Below, one piece after another: positions 31,044 through 40,030 of a stretch of 64,000 nt of DNA. A program made the translations under genes and the position numbers. This DNA comes from Bacteroidota bacterium (lineage in GTDB: Bacteria > Bacteroidota > Ignavibacteria > UBA10030): the NCBI GenBank assembly GCA_041695045.1, contig JBGFRR010000063.1, forward strand, positions 5,754-69,753, given 5' to 3'. Each line of letters starts with the position of its first letter. Position 1 is the first letter of the stretch. The notes under the pieces were generated by a model, which saw only the letters and a program-made list of their open reading frames with translations, did not search any database and had not been told where the DNA came from.

Positions 31044-32006
31044 TTAGACTCCCAATCTTTTCAGATCATCGATGCGGTGTTCCCAAACCCAGTCTATTCC
31101 TTCTGCCGCCTCATAGCCAAGGTAGCCACTATCAAAGTAACCGCAGAGAAAAAGAATAAATTGAACACCCTCGCCATACGTTACACGTAATTGTACAACT
31201 TTTGCAGCTTCTTCCTTTCTTCGTTTATTTGTGTTCGTAAAATCACCAGCAGATTTAGCTTCCACAAGTATCGGTATCGACCCAGGTTTCGCTTTGTTCG
31301 GCATTATGACAACATCTACAGGAATGTTTACTGCGTTAGCGCGATCAGCCTGCTTCACTGGCACGTTAAATCGAAACGAGAACGTTCCATTGGGCAATTC
31401 ATGAATTTTCAAACCATGCCGCGGCGGTATGTTGCGATATCCGCGCTTCTCAAGCCAAGCTTTGATTTTCTTCAATTGTCGCCTTTCTTGAGCATTACGA
31501 ATTATCGGATCAGCAACGGTACCGCAGAGACGGTCTGCAATAATAGTTGCTGCACGACGAACGTCTTGCTTCACAGGTGTTTTTGGAGAGTCTATCCACG
31601 AAACAATATCTCTATCTGCTAGACGACGGATTACCGTAGCAATCTTTTTCAGATCCGAAACTATAGTTTGAGGTGCCATCTGAGGCGGGATACGCTCTTC
31701 GATCTCCATGCTCTTGACAAGGTTAGATGAGACCCCTGCTAAACCAATGAGGCGATCACGGGCAATCGGTGGCGCCGTCGCCATACGCAATATAGATAAA
31801 ACGCCCGGTTCAGTTCTCAGAATGCTCGGAGAAATGTCAGCCAAGTTTTTGGTTCGCACCAAAGCGGATTCAACTTTCTGAGCTGTTTCCTCTCTCGTTG
31901 CTCGATAGGTTTTCGGAGCAAAACGCAAGAACCACCTGTTGTAATAATCAACCGACTGAGCTATATCAGTCTTCCATTTGTTCGGCTCATCGGAATTTAT
32001 TGGCAT
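31044..32006 (-). CDS. Putative Type II restriction endonuclease (PD-(D/E)xK fold)
   Basis: 320 aa; candidate catalytic motif D-x(n)-ILVEAK (VDVVIMPNKAKPGSIPILVEAK). Directly upstream of and translationally coupled to the MTase. AT-rich like the MTase. Confidence 0.6.
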   Translation of the reverse strand: MPINSDEPNKWKTDIAQSVDYYNRWFLRFAPKTYRATREETAQKVESALVRTKNLADISPSILRTEPGVLSILRMATAPPIARDRLIGLAGVSSNLVKSMEIEERIPPQMAPQTIVSDLKKIATVIRRLADRDIVSWIDSPKTPVKQDVRRAATIIADRLCGTVADPIIRNAQERRQLKKIKAWLEKRGYRNIPPRHGLKIHELPNGTFSFRFNVPVKQADRANAVNIPVDVVIMPNKAKPGSIPILVEAKSAGDFTNTNKRRKEEAAKVVQLRVTYGEGVQFILFLCGYFDSGYLGYEAAEGIDWVWEHRIDDLKRLGV

Positions 32007-32029
32007 CTCAAGTGTGTCCGGTTTTTCAA

Positions 32030-33055
32030 TTACCGTTTTGTTCTACCCTTCCACACGGCGTAGTTCTTTCGAATGTCTTCCAGTACTTCCTTGTCGATAA
32101 GATGGTCGTTCCGAATGCGTACGTCGTAGTTTTCCCATCCCATGAAATCCTGCAAAGCCTTCTTGGTCATTTCATCGAACTTCCCATTGACCGGTCCTTC
32201 ATAAAACACGAATCCTTTATACGCCTTATCGCTCATGATCTGCTGCAGCTCGCTACACATTTTCTCGTCGATGGGAATCAGGTTGTGCGGCTCCGAGCGA
32301 AAGAAATAGAGCTTGTGGAGTTGATACAGCCGCTCCAGCTCCTGTAACGGCTTGGGGTGGTCGTAGATGCTGATGTCGATAAAGTCGTCGGTGGTTCCAT
32401 CATAGCCGGCGCCTTTGCGTTTCACAACGAGCGCGGCAGACTGCTCACCGCGTCGGTCTCCGCCCGCTTTACCGCCCGCGACGAGCGCAGCAAGAAGCTT
32501 TTCCGCGAGCGAACCTTTCGTCTGTGTGAAGGTTTGGGCCATCGCTTCGACGGTTTCCTTCCCCACCAGGATATTGCCCTGAGCCGCAAAGTCTCTGCCG
32601 GTGATCAGCGCTCCTTTTCCGCCGAACGACGATGACGTCATCCCACCCGCCCAATCGAAACACTCGGCGCCCGTCCAGCTTGCGGCATTGCCTCTCGCAT
32701 CCACGATGCCAACCTGCCGGATATCCCGCGCACTGTCGTTGGCGATCAGAATGCGTAGCGTCTCCTCCGCAGTTGCACCGTTCTTCATCAAGGCAAGCCC
32801 CTTCGAGCCGTACGAGACATTGACGAACGACTGCGTCGCAATCGCTCCGACGCCCACTTCCATCCACGGGACAACGGGCCGGACGTTCGGAAACTTCGAT
32901 TGCACCGCAACGCCTACATCTCCATTCTCCAGATCAACAGCAGCAATGGAGAATGTTGCAACTAACGGATCGAGAGAATGCCGGTCGGTGCGTATCACCA
33001 CACCGACGAACACAGCAACAACGACAGCACTGAGGAACATCTGCAAGGCACGCAT
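32030..33055 (-). CDS. DUF1028 (Ntn-hydrolase-like) protein with a C-terminal peptidoglycan-binding domain
   Basis: ATG at 33055 gives a signal peptide (MRALQMFLSAVVVAVFVGVVI), then the DUF1028 core (ATFSIAAVD...GGDRRGEQSAALVV). The C-terminal 60 aa resemble PG_binding_1. Confidence 0.7.
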   Translation of the reverse strand: MRALQMFLSAVVVAVFVGVVIRTDRHSLDPLVATFSIAAVDLENGDVGVAVQSKFPNVRPVVPWMEVGVGAIATQSFVNVSYGSKGLALMKNGATAEETLRILIANDSARDIRQVGIVDARGNAASWTGAECFDWAGGMTSSSFGGKGALITGRDFAAQGNILVGKETVEAMAQTFTQTKGSLAEKLLAALVAGGKAGGDRRGEQSAALVVKRKGAGYDGTTDDFIDISIYDHPKPLQELERLYQLHKLYFFRSEPHNLIPIDEKMCSELQQIMSDKAYKGFVFYEGPVNGKFDEMTKKALQDFMGWENYDVRIRNDHLIDKEVLEDIRKNYAVWKGRTKR

Positions 33056-33174
33056 GACACGAGACCCGATGTGATGATGAATTGTGGGGGACCTCAGAAT
33101 GACATTGGGGTGGAAACCAGCCGGAATATAGACAGAAAAATCTATGGACACAAAGAGAGGAGCGTTGTGCGGTG

Positions 33175-34536
33175 TTATGCGCCTATCTTCTTGAGCCGAA
33201 CGGCGAAGCTCCCATCCATGCCGTGCTTGTGCGGCCATGTTTCGACGTAACCGTCCGGATGGACAAGGTCGGAATGGATGAATTGTTGCGCGGGGTCAAT
33301 GTTGAACTCCGGATGAACAGCAAGGAACTCACGCACAAGGTCGATGTTCTCTTCCGGCTCCGTGGTACATGTGCTGTAGACTAACACTCCTCCGGGCTTG
33401 ACGAGCGAGGCAGCGTTTTCGAGAATGCTATGCTGGATGCGTGTGAGCGTAGGAAGGTCTTCCGGTTCGCGCTTCCACTTGGCATCCGGCTTTTTCGCGA
33501 GCACGCCAAGACCCGAGCACGGTGCATCGGCCAATACCCTGTCTGCGGGCGGCAGATGGATTTCCGACGCATCGCCGGCGATAAAATGCGCGTTAGCGAT
33601 GCCGTGCCGCTGGCATGCAGAGCGCACGAGATTGAGGCGCGTTTCGTACCGGTCCACCGACATAATCTCCCCGATGTTCCGCATTAGCTCGCCGATGTAC
33701 GTTGTTTTCCCGCCGGGTGCGGCGCAGAGGTCAAGCACGCGATCGCCGGGCTTAGGGTCGAGCAGCTTCACGGCCAGGCCGGCGCTTTCATCCTGCACGC
33801 CGAAGAAACCCTGCTGGAACATCTCCGAGTCTCCGATGTTCGCCATGTGCTGAACGCGCACAAAGCAATCGAGATAGGCCGACTTGGTAAAGACAATTTG
33901 ATGTTGCTCCAGCAGATTAAGGAAGTAGGTGAAGTCGATTTTCAGGCGGTTCACGCGAAGCGTGAGGTCGGGGCGGCGGTTATTTGCAGCGAGCAGCGCA
34001 CGAGTCTCATCGAAGCCGAAACGCTCCACCCAACGCTTCACAAGCCATGCGGGATGGGATTCCACCACGGCGAGATGCTGAACCGGATCCTCTTGCACCT
34101 CTGGATACCGAAGGTTTTCGATATTGCGGATGATGTGCCGGAGGACGGCATTGACGAGGTCTGCAACCTTTTGGCCGCGCAGTCGCTTGATGAACTCGAC
34201 TGCCTCGTTGACAGCGGCGGAATGCGGTACACGATCGAGGAGAAGAATCTGATACAGCGCAACACGGAGGCAGTTTTTGATGTTGGTTTCTGCCTTCGTG
34301 AAGTTCCCGTGGAAAAAGCCGGTCAGCAGCCAGTCGAGCTTGTTCCGCCACCGGATGACGCCGGTGACGATTTCGGTCATTAGCCCTTTGTCAAGCTCGT
34401 TCATCTCAGCGGAACGGAGCTCGGCGTCCATCATCCGGTCGAGGTACGAATCCGAACGGTCGACCCGGTTGAGGATTTTGACTGCCGTGCCGCGCGGGCC
34501 GGCGTAGAGATTGACGTGTTCGAGTTGTTCTGCCAT
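33175..34536 (-). CDS. rsmB: 16S rRNA (cytosine967-C5)-methyltransferase RsmB/Sun
   Basis: 453 aa; N-terminal NusB-like domain, SAM-binding motif (VLDLCAAPGGKT), and the catalytic Cys region. Confidence 0.85.
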   Translation of the reverse strand: MAEQLEHVNLYAGPRGTAVKILNRVDRSDSYLDRMMDAELRSAEMNELDKGLMTEIVTGVIRWRNKLDWLLTGFFHGNFTKAETNIKNCLRVALYQILLLDRVPHSAAVNEAVEFIKRLRGQKVADLVNAVLRHIIRNIENLRYPEVQEDPVQHLAVVESHPAWLVKRWVERFGFDETRALLAANNRRPDLTLRVNRLKIDFTYFLNLLEQHQIVFTKSAYLDCFVRVQHMANIGDSEMFQQGFFGVQDESAGLAVKLLDPKPGDRVLDLCAAPGGKTTYIGELMRNIGEIMSVDRYETRLNLVRSACQRHGIANAHFIAGDASEIHLPPADRVLADAPCSGLGVLAKKPDAKWKREPEDLPTLTRIQHSILENAASLVKPGGVLVYSTCTTEPEENIDLVREFLAVHPEFNIDPAQQFIHSDLVHPDGYVETWPHKHGMDGSFAVRLKKIGA

Positions 34537-34538
34537 CG

Positions 34539-35804
34539 TTACTTCGGCATGCCCTGGCGACGGCGTTCGTCGCTGGTGAGATCAAAGATTTTCCGGAAGA
34601 GTATTTCTTCGGTGGCCGTCAGTTCAATGTTCCGTCGCGCCATTATTCGCCGCGCTACGTCAATGGCACGGTCGATGCTGAATGTGGTGAAGGTCTCGCC
34701 TGCCGCACCCCATGAGAACGAGGGAACGTACTTCGGCGGAAAGCCGTAGCCAAAAATGTTGGATGAAACGCCGACCACCGTGCCGGTGTTGAACATCGAA
34801 TTAATGGCGCTCTTCGAGTGGTCTCCCATCGTCATGCCAACGAACTGCAGCCCGGTATCGATCTGCTCGGAGCCGATCTGCACTTTGACGCGGCCGTAGT
34901 TGTTCTTCAGGTCGCTGTTGTTTGTATCGGCTCCAAGATTCACCCACGCACCGATATAGGAGTGGCCGAGGAATCCGGCGTGCTGCTTGTTCGAGTAGCC
35001 ATGGATGATTGTGTCTTCCACTTCCCCACCGACTTTGCACATCGGACCGATGGTGGTGTTCTTGTAGATAAGCGCGCCCCCTTTCACCCACGAACCGTCG
35101 CCGATGTAGGCCGGACCGATAATCATGGCATGCGGAAAGACGCGAACGTTGCGACCGATATAGATTGGGCCTTCTTCGGCGTCTAACACAGTTCCCGGCT
35201 TGACCGTCGCTCCTTCAGCAATCACGATTCCCTTCTTGTTGAGCAGGTAAACACCCGGATAGACTTTCCCTCGTTTCGCGGTGTGCCGTTTCTTGCCGAC
35301 CAGCTCCGCAAAATCGCGCTGTAGCCCTTGACCATTCCAACGCACCAGATCCCACGGATAGGAAATCAACTCTGCATCGACCTCCTGCCGCGGTAGGCCG
35401 TCAAATGCAGAGATTGAAAGCGGTTCGTTCAGTTTCTCCCTCAGTTTTGTCAATCGTGTCCCGCTCACACGCACGGCAACGAAATCGTCTTTGTGCATGA
35501 ACACGACATCGTGTTTCGTCCGAAAGCTACGCGCAAAATCCCCATGCGCAATCACGCGGCCGTTCACAAAGAGACACTCATGGGAAGGAACTTCATTGAC
35601 GCGCATGCCGGGGTTACGCAGTCTCATATACTCTGCAAGATAGCCTCTGCAGTGAAGCGTAACGGTAGCCTTAGGGAAGCGGCGGATGATTTTCTCTTTC
35701 AGCGAGCTGATACCGCAGCGAAGGTTGTACACAGGCCGGAAAAACACCAGCGGTAAAAGCCGGGCATAGCGATTGTCTTCAAAGATGCAGACTGTGTCGG
35801 CCAT
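34539..35804 (-). CDS. Putative sugar-phosphate nucleotidyltransferase with left-handed beta-helix (GlmU-like) domain
   Basis: 421 aa; hexapeptide repeats in the C-terminal half. Sits next to nagB. Confidence 0.55.
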   Translation of the reverse strand: MADTVCIFEDNRYARLLPLVFFRPVYNLRCGISSLKEKIIRRFPKATVTLHCRGYLAEYMRLRNPGMRVNEVPSHECLFVNGRVIAHGDFARSFRTKHDVVFMHKDDFVAVRVSGTRLTKLREKLNEPLSISAFDGLPRQEVDAELISYPWDLVRWNGQGLQRDFAELVGKKRHTAKRGKVYPGVYLLNKKGIVIAEGATVKPGTVLDAEEGPIYIGRNVRVFPHAMIIGPAYIGDGSWVKGGALIYKNTTIGPMCKVGGEVEDTIIHGYSNKQHAGFLGHSYIGAWVNLGADTNNSDLKNNYGRVKVQIGSEQIDTGLQFVGMTMGDHSKSAINSMFNTGTVVGVSSNIFGYGFPPKYVPSFSWGAAGETFTTFSIDRAIDVARRIMARRNIELTATEEILFRKIFDLTSDERRRQGMPK

Positions 35805-35808
35805 GCGG

Positions 35809-36552
35809 TTACCCGGGGAATTGATGCGTGAGCTTCGACGCAGCCTCTGTGTCGAGAACGACGTAGGCCTTGCGATGCATTTGAATGATCGACGCCGGCA
35901 CCATCCCGGTGATGGGGCCCTCGACGGCAGCCCTCACGGCGTCCGCCTTGCTCGTCTTGTTGGCTAACAGGATGACCTCTTTGGCCTCCATAATCGTCCC
36001 GATGCCCATGGTGATGGCCAGCCGTGGGACCTCATCGATGCTCTTGAAGAACCGCGCATTGTCCTTCATCGTTTGTTCGGTCAGCGTCTTGATGCGCGTG
36101 CGCGAGCCTAACGACGACCCAGGCTCGTTGAACGCAATATGGCCGTTCGCTCCGATGCCGAGAATCTGCAAGTCAATTCCTCCCCACCGCATGATCTCGT
36201 TATCGTACCACTCGCAGTGCGCTTCGACGTCGTTGGCCATGCCGTCCGGCACGTGAATGAAGCGCGGGTCGATATCGATGTGCTTGAAGAGATTCTCCCA
36301 CATGAAAAAGTAGTAACTCTGGTCGTGCGTGCGCGGCAGGCCGACGTATTCATCGAGGTTGAATGTAGTAACTTTGGAAAAGCTAAGCCCCTCTTCCTTG
36401 TGCATGCGAATGAGTTCCCTGTACAAGCCCAGCGGCGTACTGCCCGTCGCCAGGCCGAGCACAAGGTTAGGTTTTTTCCTGATGCGGTCTGCAACAATCT
36501 TGGCCGCTTCCTTGCTCATCTCGTCGTACGAATCTCTGATGATGACAAGCAT
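35809..36552 (-). CDS. nagB: Glucosamine-6-phosphate deaminase
   Basis: ATG at 36552 (MLVIIRDSYDEMSKEAA...LVLGLATGSTP), the typical NagB N-terminus. The upstream ORF extension lacks homology. Confidence 0.85.
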   Translation of the reverse strand: MLVIIRDSYDEMSKEAAKIVADRIRKKPNLVLGLATGSTPLGLYRELIRMHKEEGLSFSKVTTFNLDEYVGLPRTHDQSYYFFMWENLFKHIDIDPRFIHVPDGMANDVEAHCEWYDNEIMRWGGIDLQILGIGANGHIAFNEPGSSLGSRTRIKTLTEQTMKDNARFFKSIDEVPRLAITMGIGTIMEAKEVILLANKTSKADAVRAAVEGPITGMVPASIIQMHRKAYVVLDTEAASKLTHQFPG

Positions 36553-36604
36553 GGGAACCCTCCGGTACGAGTGGGACGATGGGGTGAGAGAACGACAGCA
36601 GAGA

Positions 36605-36642
36605 AATGAAAAAGCGGAATGCATCTTCTCAATACATTCCGC
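36605..36642 (-). terminator. Rho-independent terminator of rpmE
   Basis: Minus-strand hairpin GCGGAATG / CATTCCGC followed by CTTTTTCATTTC, 25 nt after the rpmE stop. Confidence 0.6.
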
Positions 36643-36664
36643 CCGATTCGGTCATCAACAGACG

Positions 36665-36895
36665 TCACGCCCCGGATGCCGCATTGGCTTTCTCCTGCTT
36701 TTTCGCATACTTCCGGTTGAAGCGCTCCACACGTCCTGCGGAATCCACGAGCTTCTGCTTGCCCGTGTAGTATGGATGGCAGGCCGAACAGATTTCGACG
36801 TGCAGGTTTCCAACGGTTGAACGCGTTTCGAACGTGTTACCGCAGACGCAGGTGACGATGGCTTTTTTATACGGTGGATGAATTCCCGGCTTCAT
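36665..36895 (-). CDS. rpmE: 50S ribosomal protein L31
   Basis: 76 aa; [10 protein letters not shown]...[12 protein letters not shown]...[13 protein letters not shown]. Confidence 0.95.
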   Translation of the reverse strand: MKPGIHPPYKKAIVTCVCGNTFETRSTVGNLHVEICSACHPYYTGKQKLVDSAGRVERFNRKYAKKQEKANAASGA

Positions 36896-37153
36896 GAAAA
36901 CACTCCTTCAACGTGCGGTACCAAGATACCCAAATTCGCGGCGAGTTGCAAAGGGTTTTTCATGGAGGGCCGCTTCCCTGAATCCGATATAGAAACGTAC
37001 AGGAACAGGAGGTTATGCATTCGTGGAAAGTGCGTGGAGTCGAAATCACGGCCTATGCGTAGCAAGCGATGGCGTGCGTTCAATTCTTGGCGCACCCCCG
37101 TTTACCGTCAAATTTCTTGATAATCACCCGTTAATTGGTTAGATTGGCGTGCG

Positions 37154-38086
37154 ATGAGGTTTTTGATTCTTACATGTGCGTCGGTTGTTTGCCTTTCTCC
37201 TTTTCTTTCCGCGCAGGGGACGTACGAGTTCCTCCGCAACGACGTCGGCGCACGCGCCGCAGCCCTCAACGGCAGCTTCGTCTCCATGACGGACGATCCG
37301 AACCTCCTGTTCTACAATCCGGGCGCACTTCCTACGCTGAGCCGCACAAAAGGCTCGCTCAATTACTTCAAGCATCTGCTCGATGTCAACGCCGGAAGCA
37401 TTTCCTACGCGCAAACACTCGAAGGCATCGGCACGATTGCGGGGGGATTGATGTTCGTGGACTACGGCTCATTCACCGAGACCGATGCGTCGATGAACAT
37501 CGTCGGAGAGTTCGGGGCGCGGGACCTTGCACTCGTTGCGGGAATCGGGATGGAGGTGGAGGAAAACCTGTTTGCAGGCGTGAGTCTCAAGGGAATCTAT
37601 TCCTCCATCGCAGGTTATCGTTCCGGTGCACTAGCTGCCGACCTCGGCATGCTCTATCAGATTCCCGAAGAGATGATAACCATCGGCGTTGCTGTGTTAA
37701 ACATCGGCTCGCAACTCAACGCGTACGCAACCACACGTGAAGCCCTGCCGTTGGATGTCAGAATTGGAATTACAAAACGGCCTGAGCATCTCCCCGTGTA
37801 CCTCAACCTCAACTTTCACAAATTGAACGAACCGCACAGCAATCTCTTCCATCGCTTCCGCTCGTTTACCATGGGGACTGAGTTTCTGATGAGCGACGCC
37901 GTGCGACTAAGGATCGGCTATAACAACGAGAAGCGGCGGGAACTGAAAATCGGGACGGGGCCGGGCTTAGCGGGATTCTCACTCGGCGGCGGGATTCTCT
38001 ATCAGGATTACCTCATCGACTACGCATACAACTCCTACGGTAAGATTGGCGGCATGCACCGTATCTCCATCACCACCAATCTGTAA
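37154..38086 (+). CDS. Outer-membrane beta-barrel protein, PorQ/PorV-like (T9SS-associated family)
   Basis: 310 aa; signal peptide, alternating amphipathic beta strands, C-terminal aromatic residue. Family assignment is inference. Confidence 0.5.
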   Translation: MRFLILTCASVVCLSPFLSAQGTYEFLRNDVGARAAALNGSFVSMTDDPNLLFYNPGALPTLSRTKGSLNYFKHLLDVNAGSISYAQTLEGIGTIAGGLMFVDYGSFTETDASMNIVGEFGARDLALVAGIGMEVEENLFAGVSLKGIYSSIAGYRSGALAADLGMLYQIPEEMITIGVAVLNIGSQLNAYATTREALPLDVRIGITKRPEHLPVYLNLNFHKLNEPHSNLFHRFRSFTMGTEFLMSDAVRLRIGYNNEKRRELKIGTGPGLAGFSLGGGILYQDYLIDYAYNSYGKIGGMHRISITTNL

Positions 38087-38089
38087 TTC

Positions 38090-38836
38090 CTACCCTAACA
38101 ATCCTTCCAACAATCGCTCGCTGATGTAGAAGAGCAGCATCCCCACGAACACGATGAGCGGCGGAAGTCTGCTCTCCGACCTGTTGATCTCCGGAATCAA
38201 ATCGCTCGCTCCCACATACATTGCTGCACCGGCCGAGATGGCAAACGCGATCCCGGTGATTTCCCTGCTGACCGAGGTGAGCACGAGGACGAAGCTCGCC
38301 CCAAGCATCGTCGCCACACCGATGCACACTGCCCCAAGCAAAACGTGCTTGCGCGAGTATCCCGCCGCCAGCATGATGGATCCGATGGTGAGGCCTTCGG
38401 GAACTTTGTGGAGTAACACCGCCACAAAGATGAGCAAGCCGAGAAGAAAATCGAATTGCATGCCGACGGAAATCGAGAAGCCATCGAAGAATGCGTGAAT
38501 GAACAGACCGGTGAGCGCTGAAATGCTGGCAACCTTCGAGACCATGACGTGCGTATGAGTTTCCTCGCCGAAGTGGAAATGGCCGACGAGCGTATGCTCG
38601 AAAAAATGGATCAGGGCGAAGCCGATCATGAGATAGAGCGCCGCTTCTTCTCCGAGCGCATCGATCGCCGCAGGGATGAGCTTGAGAAAAACGAGCGCGA
38701 TAACGAAACCCGCTCCAAGGGCGAGCAGCGTTTCCTGGGTGTGTTTTGGCCAGGTGCGTCGCAGAACGATGATTACACCGCCGAGGATTTCGGCACACGC
38801 CGCTGCGAGGCCGAAGAGAAGGATGGTCGTTGTCAT
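38090..38836 (-). CDS. ZIP-family zinc transporter (ZupT-like)
   Basis: 248 aa; multiple TM helices and a His-rich loop (HFHFGEETHTH). Confidence 0.8.
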   Translation of the reverse strand: MTTTILLFGLAAACAEILGGVIIVLRRTWPKHTQETLLALGAGFVIALVFLKLIPAAIDALGEEAALYLMIGFALIHFFEHTLVGHFHFGEETHTHVMVSKVASISALTGLFIHAFFDGFSISVGMQFDFLLGLLIFVAVLLHKVPEGLTIGSIMLAAGYSRKHVLLGAVCIGVATMLGASFVLVLTSVSREITGIAFAISAGAAMYVGASDLIPEINRSESRLPPLIVFVGMLLFYISERLLEGLLG

Positions 38837-40024
38837 TTAGTGCCGGGTGTAGGGCTGCTTGAGGAATGTGCGAGCATCGGTGTGGGTGTTTTCAAACACT
38901 TTCATCCTCAGCACGTTCTGATACCGCGCCACGGCGAGCGCGCGCTTGTGCTGCACATCGTAGATCATACCGATCGTCAGGTTGGCCATCGATTGAAAGC
39001 CGGACGCGCCGCCTTTGTCGATCTTCTTTGAAAGCTGGTCGCAGAGCAACAGGGCAGTCAGCGCTCCGTCGTAGTTGCCTGCCATAAAATGGAATCGGCC
39101 GATGTAGTATGCCGCTTCGCGCGCATCGGCGTTGTCGTACCCCTGTTGGCCGCTGCGCCAGCGGGACTGAATGTCGGAAAACACCTGCACCGCCTCGCTC
39201 CAGAGTCCTAACTTGATAAGACAGCGGCCAAGATACCGCTGGAACATTGGGTTGCGCGGAAACTGCGCATGCAGCGAGCGCGCAAGCTCGAGCGCCTTCA
39301 TGAACTCCTTCTCGTAGAAGTAGTAGTTCTGCAGCATGAAGTAGCTCGCCTCGTAGCGCGCATACTTCGCATGCAGCGACGCGCGATGAAGTTGCTCCAA
39401 CCCCTTGTGCTTGTCCCCCTTCGGGAAAAAGATCATAAACGGCTTGACAAGCGGATAGTGTGCAGGGATAACCTCCGCATAGTAATTGTAAATGCCGATG
39501 CCGAGCAAAACATCCTCGTTGTTGGGGTCAAGCTCGTACGCTTTCCAGACGATCGGCAGCGCGAGCACACCGTCTCGCGCGGCCATAATCCAGCTGCCGC
39601 GATTTGCACGCAGCCGGCCGCGAAACCCAATCGCCCCTCCCTTGAAGAACAATGCCGTCACGTCCCGCGGATTCTTCTCCAAACGTTGATTGCACATATC
39701 GATGACGCGATCGAGCATTTGGAAGAAACGCTTATCGCGCGACTCATCATCGATGGCGATGAGGATGCGCCACCACTCGGTCATCGCCTGGAAGAAATAG
39801 CCGATGGGATGGTCGGGACGGAGACGAATGACTTCAGCGAACTCGCTGTCCGCCTTCTCGAACTCAAGATTGTAGATGGCCGTAATACCGCTCTGAATGC
39901 GGCCGTCGATTGCCGGGTCGGGGAGCCACTGCGCACTCAGGGGAAGCGAACCAAGCCAACCAATGAGCGCGAGCGTTGGGAATCGGCGCCATCGCAGTCC
40001 TCGTCTCTTGAGCCTCTCAAACAT
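38837..40024 (-). CDS. Secreted hypothetical protein (TPR-like helical repeats)
   Basis: 395 aa; signal peptide. No family recognised. Confidence 0.5.
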   Translation of the reverse strand: MFERLKRRGLRWRRFPTLALIGWLGSLPLSAQWLPDPAIDGRIQSGITAIYNLEFEKADSEFAEVIRLRPDHPIGYFFQAMTEWWRILIAIDDESRDKRFFQMLDRVIDMCNQRLEKNPRDVTALFFKGGAIGFRGRLRANRGSWIMAARDGVLALPIVWKAYELDPNNEDVLLGIGIYNYYAEVIPAHYPLVKPFMIFFPKGDKHKGLEQLHRASLHAKYARYEASYFMLQNYYFYEKEFMKALELARSLHAQFPRNPMFQRYLGRCLIKLGLWSEAVQVFSDIQSRWRSGQQGYDNADAREAAYYIGRFHFMAGNYDGALTALLLCDQLSKKIDKGGASGFQSMANLTIGMIYDVQHKRALAVARYQNVLRMKVFENTHTDARTFLKQPYTRH

Positions 40025-40030
40025 CTTCCC

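Noticed and set aside
36553-36624. Extension of the nagB ORF (MHSAFSFLCCRSLTPSSHSYRRVP...)
   Set aside because: Cys/Ser-rich and non-homologous. The canonical NagB start MLVIIRDSYDEM is at 36552. The region instead holds the rpmE terminator.
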